Source: a virus
Direction: 5' to 3' (one strand)
Virus record (IMG/VR): IMGVR_UViG_3300037487_001184
Location: 1-64,000 of that record
DNA: 64,000 nt
The translations under genes and the position numbers were made by a program. Shown in pieces: positions 8,872-21,331 of this stretch; the stretch's first letter is position 1; each line of letters begins with the position of its first letter. Under the pieces are notes generated by a model that had not been told where the DNA came from, made no database searches, and saw only the letters and a program-made list of their open reading frames with translations.

Positions 8872-11800
8872 GTGACGCTAACGCATAAGATTTATCGCTT
8901 TGAGAACGGGAGAGGATTGAGTGTTATATGCAGAGATAATAAGTTTAGTATAGCTAGGCTGCTAATTAAGAAGGATGAGTCACTAGAACTAGACTCAGAT
9001 AGATGCTCCCATGATGACTGCAACTGGGAAGATGTGAAAGAGACAGTAAAACTGCTACGACGACTACCGAGACCATACGGTAATTATTGGGTGGGTGATA
9101 AACCAGAGGTTCGGAAAGGTTATTGGCATGGTACCAAAACCAAGAAGGAAAGGAGATAACATGGCACGATTCAGAGGCTTGGTGTGTGGTAGCACCTCAG
9201 AAGTTACTAGATGTGGAGGAAAACATACTGGACTTAGAACAGAAGCAAACGGAGAAAGGCTCGGTGTTAATGTTGTAGCTTATGTGAATGAGCAAGGTGA
9301 GGATGTTTTTTCAATTACTGTGACAGATGGAAGTGATAATAGTTTTTGGAAAACATATCATCTCGGTCATGTAACAAAAGGTGTCTTTGTGGCAGAGACA
9401 GGTTTTGCTAGAAGTATGGCAGCTTTAGGACCAAAAGTAAAACTATGGAGGGACAATGAATAACAACACATTCCATGTTGACATACTCGACGAGCGTATG
9501 AATAGACAATCTAGCTTAGAGATGCGCGGAGGCTCAATAAACACTAGAGTTAATATTGAAAGCAGATTATCAGTGCTTGTTCAATATGGGGTGACCTACA
9601 AAGGGAACCCTGGTTTTTCCGTGAGACCTAACGGCACGTTGTATAACAGACCAATATTCGAGTTTGAATTACTTGACGATGCTGGTAATGGTAGAACATA
9701 CATCAGCGAAGAAGTATATCAAAACTTCATTCATTTCGGAGAGAGGGTAGCTAGAGTAACAGTCCCGATATTAAATGTGCCGGTAATGCGACCACAAAGA
9801 GAGATATTATTCGGACGTGAAGAGTGGGGGAGTGCTACTGGTTGGCAGGAAGAAGTGACTGATTACCTTAAAGAGAAAGGAGAAGGATATGTACGCTAGA
9901 GTAGCAAAGTATGAATCCAAGTATCTCAATGAGGCAGAGGTACACGAAATAACCACAGATAACCCACATGGTTTAGTCAGAGCAGTTTTCAGGAATGGCG
10001 GGGTTGATATTAAGATAATATGTGAATTTGACTCCATTAGTATAGAAGTGGGAGGTCCTGGTGTATACGACGGTCAGTTTGCAACAATTACAAGGAAACG
10101 AGAGAAGGTAAATATTATGTGTAATGAGCAGATGGTGAATCAACTAATGCACGTAGGGAGAGGAGATTTTGTATGGGATAACTTTAACATCGAGAAAGCA
10201 GTTAAAGCAGAGAGTCTGATTGAGGATTTTCACAATTTTAATTCTTGTTATGGAGGGAGGGTAGAATGAAAAACATGGAGATTTTGTGTGATTGGCTTTA
10301 CAGTGATCTTGATTGCTTGCTTGATGAAGCACAAACGGATCTTAAAGAGGGTGCTGTTGAAGAAAGCTTCCCACGTATCCTCACTAGAATGATGCAAATA
10401 ACAGATGTTCTTAGAAACATCAGCAAAATCGAAACGAACAGTGATTATCATGAATTGTGTAGTTTTAGAGAAAGAGTAAAAGAAGAAAGAAAGAAGGTAA
10501 GAAATAATGAAGAGAGCAGATGTCAGCAAAATACCTAAATTTCCCAATGTAAACCCAGGCACATGGAGATGTTCTTGTTGCAGCAAAATGGTTGATAGAA
10601 TTACAAATAGTATTAAGGTTAATTACCACTATCACCAACTTAGTTCTATCATTTGCAGAGACTGTTTTGAAAAAGGAGACCCAAACCATAATCCGTACAT
10701 GTTATGCCAAAACCAAATGGTACCACCTGAGAAATATCCTGAAGGTTTTGATTACTGGAAACTTCAGGTTAAAGCTCAACTAGTCAAAAAACTTGGGTAC
10801 TATACAGTTACAGGATTCTTCGAAGGATTCAACTGGGTCCCAGCGTATATGGAAGGTCAGAGACCAGCAATAACAGTTAATAGAATTATAAAAAAGTATG
10901 AGGGGAGGGTAAAATGAAAGAAAAGACAATATTGGTATTCACTTGTCCTATTTGTGGTAATCATGAGCTTCGGATAGAAGATATTATTCAAACCAACATA
11001 GAAGAAATGTGGCATCTGGGAGACCCTGGAATGATTGACTACTATGAAGGGCAAACACAAGACCCATTAAACTCACAGTATGTATGTGCTGATTGTGACT
11101 GGCACTCACACCTCAACCTGGAGAGGCTGCTTATTGCTGGTACACTAACAGAAAAGGAGATAACAGAATGAAAGTCTGGTCGGTCTGGCATGATGATGGA
11201 GAGATGGATGGCGCGCTTTTGATGAGACTCTTCTCAACGGAAGAGGCAGCTAGAGAATATAAACAACAACTACACGACGAAGATTGTGCCAATATGGGTG
11301 ATAGTAGTTACCCATCTGAGTATTATCTTGATGAAATAGAGGTATACAAATGAGGAATTTTTCTAGGAAATTTTTTCTGGTAGTGGCGGTTTCACTATTG
11401 CTATGTTTTTCGGCATTTGGTGAAACTATGCGAACTAATATCAAACCATTAACTGCTTTCTATGTATCACCCGCTATATTAATAGAGGTGGTTGAAGCAG
11501 CAGTTGAGGGAGACTTATTTCCGGCGTTTCAGGCTGGAGCAATAGGTGCTTCCGTAGGCATTCCATACAACGAGACTGTAGAAATCACAGATAGTTCAGG
11601 ACTTGTGGTTGAAGTAAAAATCAAGGGTAAAGCAGGGTACTGGTATACTATGAGGGGGTGGCTAAGATGAGACCAAAAGAACGATGGAGAGAACTTGAAA
11701 ATCGTATCTATCTCACTACTGCAGACGATGTGCTGGTTGAGACAGATCATATGGCATACACAAACTCGTACAGAAATGGTTTTGATAGGGCGCTTCGTTG

Positions 11801-12875
11801 GGTAGAAGAACAAATAAAAGAACTGGAGGACAAATGAGATTACGAGAAAGAAATGGTGTATATGCTGAAGTTAGAAGGTCACTGGAACGTGATATATCAA
11901 TTCTCACAAAAATAAAGGAGTATTTTGATAAGAAGTATGAAGGCGACATGCCTCGTCGCATAAGCGGTGAGTATGATATGGTATATGAAACAATGGCAAG
12001 TCTGGAAGATGCGTGTCTTGACCTTGAAGTGGAAGCGGAGGAAGAAGATGATTGAAGGAAAATTCAAATGTCCTGATTGTGGGGGGGATGAACTCCTCCT
12101 TGAGGAACTGGTTCAGCATGGGGTGCGTCTAGCTATAATTGAGGGTGTTATTGATACCTTTGATTTGGTAGGCACGCAATACTTATCAAGTATATACCGA
12201 TGTGGTAACTACCAATGCAGATGGGAATTTGAAGGACCACTTGATGATTTGTATGGAGAAGCAATTTTTGAGGGAGGTAAATATGATTGAATCAATTGAC
12301 AGACTGATAGAAGTAAGTAAGAAACGGTGCAAGGGAGAGCTGGATGAAACGTATGCACATAAACTTGTTGCTAAATTCAAGAGCATGACTAACGAGGAGG
12401 AGGCTCACCTAGTAATGATGCTACTCTATCTTGTTGTGGGTGTAGCTACAAAATCGTCTTCTACTATGGCTGGTGGAGCTATTAGTAGAATAGTAGATTT
12501 AACCGATGATAGTATCAAGTATTCACTAGGGGCTGATGTTGAAACATTAATGCCTAATGCAGACATTATAGGATGTGCAACACTAGCATTAGTTGATATG
12601 ATACAGTCTGAGTTAGAGCTTAATACAGATAACAATATGACCGTGAATTAAAAAGAAAGGAGTAGGGGGTTATGGAAAATAAAGAGCTGAGGGAGAGTTT
12701 GGTGATAAATTTTGATACATTACATGAGAGTATCAGTAATATAAAGGAAGCATGTGAAGGACTCGGAGTTAGTGAAGAGCTGGTGGATGCTTTTGAGATG
12801 TTAGATATTAACTGTCTGAAAGCTATCCGAAGAATAAGGCTGACTTGCGCGGTGCCATACTTCCGGGGGAAGTAA
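8872..12875 (+). CDS. run of about 13 small, tightly coupled hypothetical genes (incl. zinc ribbons at 10914 and 12048; signal-peptide protein at 11350)
   Basis: Consecutive ORFs with GGAGG RBSs and start/stop overlaps; grouped entry. Confidence 0.7.
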
Positions 12876-12876
12876 T

Positions 12877-14799
12877 ATGATCCTTGATTATAAGCAAAAT
12901 GCGTTCTTTGCTAAATGCACATATGGTGAAAAAGACTTGGCAAAGAGCGCAGGATTCAAGTGGGACCCGGATAAAGCCACTTGGTGGACCAGGTTCCCTG
13001 CCAACGCTATGAAATTATATAGGTACGCTACCAACGCTGCCAAAGAACAACTAAAAAACCTGATGGAAACAAAGGAGGAATCACGAGCCTCAGAAACAGA
13101 CTTCCAGGTACCGGAGCCATCAGGACTTACATTATATCCTTTTCAAAGAGCTGGTATTGAGTATATGTTGAAGCGAGATGCAGTCCTACTAGCTGACCAG
13201 ATGGGTTTAGGTAAGACCCCGCAGGTTATAGGAGTTATTAATATGGATGAAAGCATCAATAGAGTGTTAATAATCTGCCCGGCTTCACTAAAACTCATGT
13301 GGAGAAATGAACTTACCAAGTGGTTGATGCGTCCATTGAGTGTGGGCATTGCAGATAGTACATATTTTCCTGAGACTAATATAGTTTTGATAAACTATGA
13401 CGTACTGAAGAGATGGTACAACAAACTAAGAGAGGAGGAATGGGATTTACGAGTATGTGATGAAGTGAATTACTTAAAGAACCCCAAGACCCAGCGTTGT
13501 CAGAATGTTTTAGGTAAATGGAATAGCAAATTGAAGGTTTGGGAAATCTTTCCTATACCAGCAAAGAAGAGAATCATGATGACAGGCACTCCTATTGTCA
13601 ATCGCCCGTCTGAACTGTGGTCCATCATTCGTGCGTTAGACCCTATTAGCTGGTTCTCATATGGTTATTTTACATCACGATATTGTGCCGGGCACATGGG
13701 TAGGTGGGGATGGGATGCGACTGGGGGTTCTAACTTAAAAGAGCTTGGTGATAGGCTCCGGTCCACAATAATGATTCGTAGGATGAAAGATGAAGTACTT
13801 ACAGAGCTTCCACCAAAAACAAGACAGGTGATTGAATTTGATTTACCGGATAAACTTAAACCTATGATATTAGAAGAAAGGAGAGTGTGGGAGGAAAGAC
13901 TATCATTAATGGAGAAGCTTAATGATGATGCAGCGGCAGCATTAGTGTCGAAAGATGAAGCCGCTTACAGATTAGCGGTTAATTTATTAAGAGAGGCACA
14001 GCAGATTGTCTTCTCAGACCTCTCCAGGATTCGCCACGAGACTGCTGTTGCGAAGTTACCCGCAGTCATAGAGTATCTAGGCGGATTAATGGACAACGAT
14101 CAGAAGGTGGTTGTGTTTGCTCACCATGCAGATGTCATCGCTGCAATAAACAAAGCGTTCCCTGGTTCTGTAACATTGACAGGGCAGACACCATTGAAAG
14201 TTAGGCAGGAAAACATTGACAAATTTCAAACCGATCCTAACTGTATGATGTTTATAGGAAATATCCAAGCAGCAGGAGTTGGAATAACATTAACAGCCAG
14301 CAGCCTAGCAGTCTTTGCGGAGCAGGATTGGGTACCGGGGAACATCAGTCAATGTGAAGATAGAATACATAGAATCGGTGCAGTTAATCCTGTCCTCATA
14401 CAGCACTTAGTTTATGAGGGGAGTATTGATGCAAAGATGGCAAAGATGATAGTAAAAAAACAGGAGGTGATAGACCAAGTAGTAAACCATAAACAGGATA
14501 TACCGGAACCTGTAGTAGTGCCGAAAGTTGTCAAGCCAATTTCGAAAGAAGTGAATGAGGTGTTGACAATAAGGCAGATTGATGATATACTATCTGCATT
14601 GAAAATTTTAGCAACGCGGTGTGACGGAGCATTTAACAAAGATGATTCAGGGTTTAACAAATATGACAGTGTATTTGGAAAAAGCTTGGCATCACAAAAA
14701 TACCTAACACAAAAACAAGCCAAAGCTGGTAAGAAAATACTACTCAAATATCGTAGACAACTACCGAAAGGATTGGTGGACGGAATATGTGGACAATAA
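12877..14799 (+). CDS. SNF2-family helicase (HARP/SMARCAL1-like)
   Basis: LLADQMGLGKT, ICPASL, DE, MTGTPIVN, RRMK..VL..LPPK, GVGITLT and QCEDRIHRIG motifs. Confidence 0.93.
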   Translation: MILDYKQNAFFAKCTYGEKDLAKSAGFKWDPDKATWWTRFPANAMKLYRYATNAAKEQLKNLMETKEESRASETDFQVPEPSGLTLYPFQRAGIEYMLKRDAVLLADQMGLGKTPQVIGVINMDESINRVLIICPASLKLMWRNELTKWLMRPLSVGIADSTYFPETNIVLINYDVLKRWYNKLREEEWDLRVCDEVNYLKNPKTQRCQNVLGKWNSKLKVWEIFPIPAKKRIMMTGTPIVNRPSELWSIIRALDPISWFSYGYFTSRYCAGHMGRWGWDATGGSNLKELGDRLRSTIMIRRMKDEVLTELPPKTRQVIEFDLPDKLKPMILEERRVWEERLSLMEKLNDDAAAALVSKDEAAYRLAVNLLREAQQIVFSDLSRIRHETAVAKLPAVIEYLGGLMDNDQKVVVFAHHADVIAAINKAFPGSVTLTGQTPLKVRQENIDKFQTDPNCMMFIGNIQAAGVGITLTASSLAVFAEQDWVPGNISQCEDRIHRIGAVNPVLIQHLVYEGSIDAKMAKMIVKKQEVIDQVVNHKQDIPEPVVVPKVVKPISKEVNEVLTIRQIDDILSALKILATRCDGAFNKDDSGFNKYDSVFGKSLASQKYLTQKQAKAGKKILLKYRRQLPKGLVDGICGQ

Positions 14800-14944
14800 T
14801 AATACTCGTACTTGGTCTATTTGTATACCTATGTTTAGTCGGGCTAATCATGGGCGATAGAAATAAATGCAAAGATACCGAGTTTGGTGCTGGTTTTATG
14901 ACAGGCTCTATGTATAATGATAACAATAATGATAGGTTTTTCTA

Positions 14945-15262
14945 ATGCCTACTAATGATGAATTACGAAGCAGGAGGAAGGAAGCATATAAAGCCGTGGA
15001 AAGTATCTATTACGCTAGACAAGCAACAAACAGGTGGTCTGTATCTCTAGGGGAGGTGATGGCATACACTGGTTTGGATTCCACATCAGCATACGGTGCG
15101 CTTAGATGGCTAACCAATCGTGGTATTGTATTAAGAGTACCGAGAGGATATAAACCTAATCAATTCGACTCATCAGAGCTGTGTTGGCAACATGGACTTG
15201 TTAGACGACAGAGTATTGATTGCCCTATATGCATGAGAAGTCAACGATGGCGAAAGGAATAA
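14945..15262 (+). CDS. putative winged-helix DNA-binding protein
   Basis: VSLGEVMAYTGL..AYGALRWL..RG pattern. Confidence 0.5.
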   Translation: MPTNDELRSRRKEAYKAVESIYYARQATNRWSVSLGEVMAYTGLDSTSAYGALRWLTNRGIVLRVPRGYKPNQFDSSELCWQHGLVRRQSIDCPICMRSQRWRKE

Positions 15263-15688
15263 TATGATAAGGGTTTTAACTGGAGGCAACAGTAGGATGA
15301 AGGCGGCTGGGGTATCTATGAATGCTACGTACAGCAGCTTAAGTATTAACAAAGCAGGTGTGCAACTCATGCTTGATTATTTTCGTAGTGGTAGAGCTGA
15401 CTTTGCACAAATCATTGTGGATGATGAACAACCAAAGACTTTCTGGATAGCTATATGCGGACCATCAGATGAGGGAGCCCACAAATTATACAAGGTGAGT
15501 AAGAATTCACGCGTTCTGCACTCACGACTTTTGTTTAAGGAGCTAGATATAAAAGGTACTGTAAAAAAGCCTCTTATATTTGATGGAAAGCTGCTGGCTG
15601 GTAGAGTAAATCTAGATGATTGAACTAATATTGGCACTGTTGATAGGGTTCATCATTGTGATGAAGAAAATATAAAAAGGAGAAACTA

Positions 15689-16105
15689 ATGGAAGAGAAA
15701 GTAATTCAACTGAAGAAAGCAAGAGTGAAGCAAGAAACTAATACTCTCGTGAGTATGATAGAGCACGGGGGGCAACTCGACGAGCAGATAAAGGGTCTCA
15801 CCAAACAGCTAGAGGAGATAAAGAAAGCAATAAAGAGTGTCTATACCAGTGACATGAAAGAGATTCATGGTGACACTTTCAAAGCTGTGTTTTCTGAGCG
15901 TGAAGTGTGGGGGATACATCCACAGACATGGGTAAGGTGGCTGAAAAAGAATTACACATCGGCAAAGAAGTTCAACGAATTGTTCGTAGCTACTACTAAA
16001 GTGAGCATTAGTGAGGTTCGCTCTGCTCTCGGAGCCTCTGTGATAGAGGAGATAGGAGAGCGCGGGGAAGATGTGCTATCACTTAGTCTCAAAAGGAGGA
16101 GCTAA
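15689..16105 (+). CDS. coiled-coil phage protein
   Basis: AAAGGAG RBS; N-terminal heptad repeats. Confidence 0.7.
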   Translation: MEEKVIQLKKARVKQETNTLVSMIEHGGQLDEQIKGLTKQLEEIKKAIKSVYTSDMKEIHGDTFKAVFSEREVWGIHPQTWVRWLKKNYTSAKKFNELFVATTKVSISEVRSALGASVIEEIGERGEDVLSLSLKRRS

Positions 16106-16443
16106 TGATGGAGAAGCTGGTCAATCTAACGCCGCACGCGGTACACGTGTACCAAGGGGGTAAAGAGATAATGGTAATACCACAGAGTGGTACAATTGCA
16201 AGAACCCAACTTGTTTCAGAGTTGGATAGAACAATTCAAGGTATCCCGGTCTTTAGGAGACGTGTTACAAGTATAAAAGGACTACCCAAACCAGAAAAAA
16301 ATGTGACATACATCGTGTCTTCAATGGTGTTATCAGAAGTAAAAAAAATGGGAAGGACTGATATGATAGCACCGGACACAAATGATAATTCTGTTCGTAC
16401 AAACAACAATACGCTTTTAGGCGTGTCTTGTTTCAGAATGTAA
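16105..16443 (+). CDS. conserved phage protein of the NLTPH family
   Basis: LVNLTPH..SG.IAR..GLP..YIVS..APDT. Confidence 0.8.
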   Translation: MMEKLVNLTPHAVHVYQGGKEIMVIPQSGTIARTQLVSELDRTIQGIPVFRRRVTSIKGLPKPEKNVTYIVSSMVLSEVKKMGRTDMIAPDTNDNSVRTNNNTLLGVSCFRM

Positions 16444-16924
16444 GGAGAAAATATGATAGATATTAACATTAGAGGGCAAATAGAGGATGAGTCGAGAGAG
16501 ATACTAAGAACAATGGTAAATTGCCGGATGTGCATTTATGTGGTAAGGATGGAAGAGAGCGATGGGGAAGAGGAATATCTTATATGTAGTTTCACAGGAC
16601 CAGCAAACACGGTACAACTTCCTTCTGGGTACCGTTGTATAAATGGTAAATGGTTGTGTAGGCAATGGGATGGTGAAGCATTTTCACCTGTAGGCTTGTT
16701 ATCCTTCGAGTCGATATTGAATCATCGGATAGCAAACACTGAAACGCTCGAAATTTTCGAGCCATATTTTTAGGAGGATTTGGTGGAAGACGAAGTAAAG
16801 ATGGAAGAGATAGATGTGAAGGTACCTGCAGCCCGATTAATTAAGACCCCTGTACTCTCAGTAGAAAGGGCAGAGGAGATCAGGAAGATGCTAGCTATCT
16901 GGGAAAACAGGAAAATAGATAGAA

Positions 16925-17551
16925 ATGACTGATTTAACCGGACAAAAGTTTGGTAGGTTAGAAGTGCAGGGGTTTGCAGGTAGTGTTAATAAAAAACTCA
17001 CATGGAATTGTATCTGTGTTTGCGGTAACACTAAGATAGTTCTCGGCTGTAGTTTAAGGAATGGTCATACTCAGTCCTGTGGCTGCTTAGCTAAAGAGGG
17101 AAACCATACAACACATGGACATAAGAGGAATAAGATACCAAGTAAAGAGTATAGAGCTTGGATTCAGATGAAAAATAGATGTTTTAATATAAATTATCCA
17201 GGATATAAAAACTACGGCGGGCGCGGTATTATAGTGTGTCCTAAATGGATTGAATCCTTTGAGAGTTTTTATAGGGACATGGGTGATTGTCCCAATGGCA
17301 TGTCATTGGATAGGAAAGACAACGATGGTAACTACGAGCCAGAAAATTGTAGATGGGCGACACAAAGACAACAACAAAATAACAAAAGAAATAATGATAA
17401 AATTTCATATAAGGGTGAAACAAAAACGCAAGCACAATGGGCTAGGAGCTTAGGCATGAATGCATCTACTCTACGAAAAAGGCTGCATGGATTGGGTTGG
17501 TCTGAGGAAAGGGCGCTCACCTATCCGGTGAGAAGGAGGATTTCATTATAA
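16925..17551 (+). CDS. HNH homing endonuclease-like protein (DLTGQKFGRL family)
   Basis: WxCxCxCG, SCGC, YGGRGI.VC..W, SLDRKDNDGNYEPENCRWAT. Confidence 0.9.
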   Translation: MTDLTGQKFGRLEVQGFAGSVNKKLTWNCICVCGNTKIVLGCSLRNGHTQSCGCLAKEGNHTTHGHKRNKIPSKEYRAWIQMKNRCFNINYPGYKNYGGRGIIVCPKWIESFESFYRDMGDCPNGMSLDRKDNDGNYEPENCRWATQRQQQNNKRNNDKISYKGETKTQAQWARSLGMNASTLRKRLHGLGWSEERALTYPVRRRISL

Positions 17552-17689
17552 CGGGAGAACAGGAAAAAAGATACACCATGACCGCTCCGGAAACCGGGAG
17601 AGTTATAATGGAGCATGTCACTCTCGCAGAGGTAGATTACTACAAGAAGTGGTACGGTACTTTAACGGAAGTCAATGTCGAAGAAGAGC

Positions 17690-17718
17690 TTGACGAAAAC
17701 GAAAAAGTGTGATATAAT
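17690..17718 (+). promoter_or_regulatory. sigma70-type promoter
   Basis: TTGACG-17 nt-TATAAT with extended -10 TG. Confidence 0.75.
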
Positions 17719-17767
17719 GATTAAGTAATGGAATTTTAAACACAAGGGGAGGCACTCATACTTCAAG

Positions 17768-18397
17768 ATGGGTAAACCTATTGATTTAACAGGACAGAAG
17801 TTTAACAGATTAACCGTGCAAGAACTTGCTGGTAAAAATAAACATCATCAGATTATGTGGAACTGTCTTTGTGATTGTGGGAGTATAAAAAAAGTCTGTG
17901 CTGGTGATTTAAAAAGTGGGAACACACAATCCTGTGGTTGTTATGGTAAGGAACAAGTGAGGAAGAGATTCACTACACACGGTCAGACTAAATCTAGGGT
18001 AAGAACAAGGGCTTTTAAGTGCTGGGGTGATATGCTACAAAGATGTAACAATTCTAATAATAAAAACTATAAGAATTATGGTGGTAGAGGTATTAAAGTT
18101 TGCCTTAGATGGTTGGAATCATTCGAAAACTTTTATGAAGATATGGGCGATGTTCCCGACGGAATGACACTGGATAGAAAAGATAACGACGGAGATTATT
18201 GCAAGGAAAATTGTCATTGGAGTACACATGGGGAGCAGTGCCTTAACACAAGACGTAATCGTTGGATAGAGTTTCAGGGTGAAAGGAAGACTATCACACA
18301 ATGGGAAAGGCATTTGGGAATGGGCAACGGAACACTTGCACATAGATTAAACAAATGGTCTGTTGAGGATGCTTTAACAAGACCGATAATAAGATAA
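17768..18397 (+). CDS. HNH homing endonuclease-like protein (same family)
   Basis: Same motif set. Confidence 0.9.
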   Translation: MGKPIDLTGQKFNRLTVQELAGKNKHHQIMWNCLCDCGSIKKVCAGDLKSGNTQSCGCYGKEQVRKRFTTHGQTKSRVRTRAFKCWGDMLQRCNNSNNKNYKNYGGRGIKVCLRWLESFENFYEDMGDVPDGMTLDRKDNDGDYCKENCHWSTHGEQCLNTRRNRWIEFQGERKTITQWERHLGMGNGTLAHRLNKWSVEDALTRPIIR

Positions 18398-18420
18398 TGT
18401 AAACATTACAGGAGGTTACT

Positions 18421-19011
18421 TTGTTTTTATGCGCCGAAAGTATAAGGAATTTAATAGATTCTATTGATTTAGTAGATGATATATCAGATGAGTCTGTTAA
18501 TTTTATAGAGGGCAGTGCAGTAGATTTATCTATAAATGAAATCTACCGGATAGATTCTGGGAAGGCAGCATTTATAGGAAGGGATAGAAGTTTACCCTCT
18601 GCGGCTAAGTGGGGCATCATAAATGATGTCTATGAACTACCGTGTAGTTTTGAGATTGTCAGAGGTTCCACAGGAGAGGATGTACCCTACTACACTATAA
18701 GAACTACTCTATTCATAATCCAATCTCGTGAGTCAGTGAAATTACCTCCGTATCTTGGTGGTATTATATACCCACGTACTTCATTCTTCAATGCAGGTGT
18801 TGATGTCTTATGCTCTAGAATCTCTCCTGGTTTTGAAGGCAAACTCAGAACAGGGTTAGTAGTCTATCACAGTCAGGGTATAAAACTAGAGAAGTATGCT
18901 AGGTTTGCATCTGTAATGTTCCACAAGTTTACAGCCGGAAGCACAGATACTTACAAAGGCATCTGGGGTGGAGATAAAGTGACAACTGATGGGGTCGAGC
19001 GAGGTTTCTGA
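18421..19011 (+). CDS. dCTP deaminase/dUTPase superfamily protein
   Basis: AVDLS, E.VKLP..LGGIIYPRTS, ISPGFEGKL, Y.G.W motifs. Confidence 0.8.
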   Translation: MFLCAESIRNLIDSIDLVDDISDESVNFIEGSAVDLSINEIYRIDSGKAAFIGRDRSLPSAAKWGIINDVYELPCSFEIVRGSTGEDVPYYTIRTTLFIIQSRESVKLPPYLGGIIYPRTSFFNAGVDVLCSRISPGFEGKLRTGLVVYHSQGIKLEKYARFASVMFHKFTAGSTDTYKGIWGGDKVTTDGVERGF

Positions 19012-19462
19012 TGCCTATGTGTGAGCAGTGTGGAAACGAGTGCGAGGATATGAAGGCGGGGCAACGGTTCTGTACCACAAGATGTAGTGGAAGGTGGTGG
19101 TTACAAAACCAAAGAAGAAAACATGGGGTAACAGAGATAATGCAGAAGGTGTGCCCTAATTGCAGGGAGACCTTCTCAACATGGAGAGTGAGTAAAATAT
19201 ATTGTAGTGAATGGTGCTGCCACAACTATCAATCGAAGAAGCAAGCTGAAAGGAAACGAAATGCCAGAATTAAAAGTAAGTGACGATAAAAGAAGCCTAC
19301 TCAATACCATAGCATCGTTGGTTCTTAAACTTAAAGCTACTAGGAACGAAGAGTTTGTTGGTAATGCAATTGAGACAGTCATCCCATTCAGGGATGCTAA
19401 CGTTGAGGTGTTTTTTGATGATTTTACCGATACATATATGATTACAGTAGAAAGGATGTAAA

Positions 19463-20473
19463 ATGGAGAGAAAATTAACCAGCATACAAGTTGTAACAGA
19501 GGTGAACCCGATACCAGGCGCTGACCGAATAGAGAAGGTGAGAGTACTTGGTTGGAATGTGGTCTGCCCCAAAGATAAATTTAAACCTGGAGATAAGATT
19601 GTTTACATTGAAGTTGACACTATTGTCCCAGATATCCCAGTGTTTGAGTTCCTTAGAAAGTATAAATTTCGTGTTAGAACCATAAATATGAGGCACACTA
19701 TATCCCAAGGGTTGATTATGGGATTAGAAGAAATGGGGCTAGATGATAGTGTTAACGTAGGCGATGACTTAACTGAGGCGCTGGGCTTCAATAAGTATGT
19801 TGAACCAATACCCCTTCAGTTAGATGGGGAAGTGATTGGACGTAGACCTTGGTATGTGCCAAAGACTGATGAATTCAGGCTTCAAGCATACCCTGAGTTG
19901 CTAGAAGAGATGCTTGAGAAACGAGCCTATGTGTCTACAAAGATTGACGGAACTAGTAGTTCTATTTACTATAACCCCACCATAGATGAACCGTTCGGTG
20001 TATGTAGCCGGAACCTGAACATAAAGCGAGCTGAAGGCAATGGACATTGGAAGGTAGCCCTTAAGTACAACCTAGAAGAAAAGATGGCTCGCATGACTGA
20101 TGGGGGCATTGTGATTCAAGGAGAGCTAGCTGGTCCAGGTATTCAGAGTAATAAGATGGAGCTGAAAGAGATTGACATATACGTCTTTAACATAATTAGT
20201 ATAGTTAGTGGAGAGTATCTCTCGGTTCATGCTATGCAGGAACTTTGCACAGAGCTGGGATTGAAGACAGTAGACATCATAGGGTATGGTGGCTACGATG
20301 AGATGACAATAGACCAGTGGCTAGAGTATGCTGAGGGTGTCTACACCGGCACTAACAACCAACGAGAAGGGATTGTAGTAAGAACATGCGAACCAATTAA
20401 GACTGATACACTTGATGGGCACTGGCTGGGCTTCAAAGTCATAAACAACAAATATCTATTGAAGGAGAAATAA
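19463..20473 (+). CDS. ATP-dependent RNA ligase (DRB0094/Rnl5-like, N-terminal OB domain)
   Basis: PIPGADRIE, SQGL, PKTDE.RLQ, KIDGTS (motif I), QGELAGPGIQ, REGIV, FKVIN..YLL. Confidence 0.9.
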   Translation: MERKLTSIQVVTEVNPIPGADRIEKVRVLGWNVVCPKDKFKPGDKIVYIEVDTIVPDIPVFEFLRKYKFRVRTINMRHTISQGLIMGLEEMGLDDSVNVGDDLTEALGFNKYVEPIPLQLDGEVIGRRPWYVPKTDEFRLQAYPELLEEMLEKRAYVSTKIDGTSSSIYYNPTIDEPFGVCSRNLNIKRAEGNGHWKVALKYNLEEKMARMTDGGIVIQGELAGPGIQSNKMELKEIDIYVFNIISIVSGEYLSVHAMQELCTELGLKTVDIIGYGGYDEMTIDQWLEYAEGVYTGTNNQREGIVVRTCEPIKTDTLDGHWLGFKVINNKYLLKEK

Positions 20474-20612
20474 GATGGAAGATGGATGGCTTATTCTAAC
20501 CTTCGTAGGCGGGTTGCTTCTTGGTATGCTGCTCGGAGGTATCTGTGTTGTATCTCTTTACTTGGACATGGTAGAAGAACATCTAATAAAAAGATGTTGA
20601 GAGAATAACTAT

Positions 20613-20689
20613 GGTGGGTATAGCTTAAGTGGTAAAGCCCTTGACCGTGGCTCAAGCGACTGTGGGTTCGAATCCCACTACCCATCCCA
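20613..20689 (+). tRNA. tRNA-His(GUG) with encoded G-1, C73 and CCA; C at position 33
   Basis: Full cloverleaf; anticodon arm CTTGA-CCGTGGC-TCAAG. Confidence 0.9.
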
Positions 20690-20701
20690 TAAGGAGAAAA
20701 T

Positions 20702-21205
20702 GTGGACCATATTATAGAAATTAAAAGAGAGTGCCCTAGCTGTAGAGGTACTGGATTATTCAAAGGTATGGCAGAAAGAGAAGGCTTCGCAGTAGTGTGT
20801 CATAATTGTCATGGTAAAGGCTGGAATGTGTTCAAGCTTCAGTACAATGATCCACCGGTAAAAAGACTACCGCTGTTCGATGTGGATACGGTATTGGAGT
20901 TCAATCCAGGAATAGTATGTGGCTCCCATCCTACTCTACAACTACCCTCTTTCGGGGGTATGCCTTACGCAGACTGGGTTGCTAATAAACCATTCCCGCC
21001 CGGTAGTGAGATGCGGAACTATACCTGCCCGGCATGGTGGTATCAAGGGGCAGATTATAAGAAGAAGCCGACATGGGATGAGTGTGGCATGATGTTGGGT
21101 GACTCATTTAGTAATTGTAAATGTTTTCCGACTAAAGACTTATGCTGGAATAGGTGGACTCGCGAGAATGAATGTGATATGGGCGATAAAACAACTAAGG
21201 GATAA
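20702..21205 (+). CDS. DnaJ-type zinc finger-containing hypothetical protein
   Basis: CPSCRGTG and CHNCHGKG. Confidence 0.7.
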   Translation: MDHIIEIKRECPSCRGTGLFKGMAEREGFAVVCHNCHGKGWNVFKLQYNDPPVKRLPLFDVDTVLEFNPGIVCGSHPTLQLPSFGGMPYADWVANKPFPPGSEMRNYTCPAWWYQGADYKKKPTWDECGMMLGDSFSNCKCFPTKDLCWNRWTRENECDMGDKTTKG

Positions 21206-21331
21206 TAAAAAATCAGAGTGCCCCATTACATGTCCTGGAGTTACTACGTATATAGTAGCTCTATTAAAGATATTTGCGATGCTGGATGACAGTAATTATA
21301 AAGTATTAATGTCAGAAGAATGGGAAGGAAA

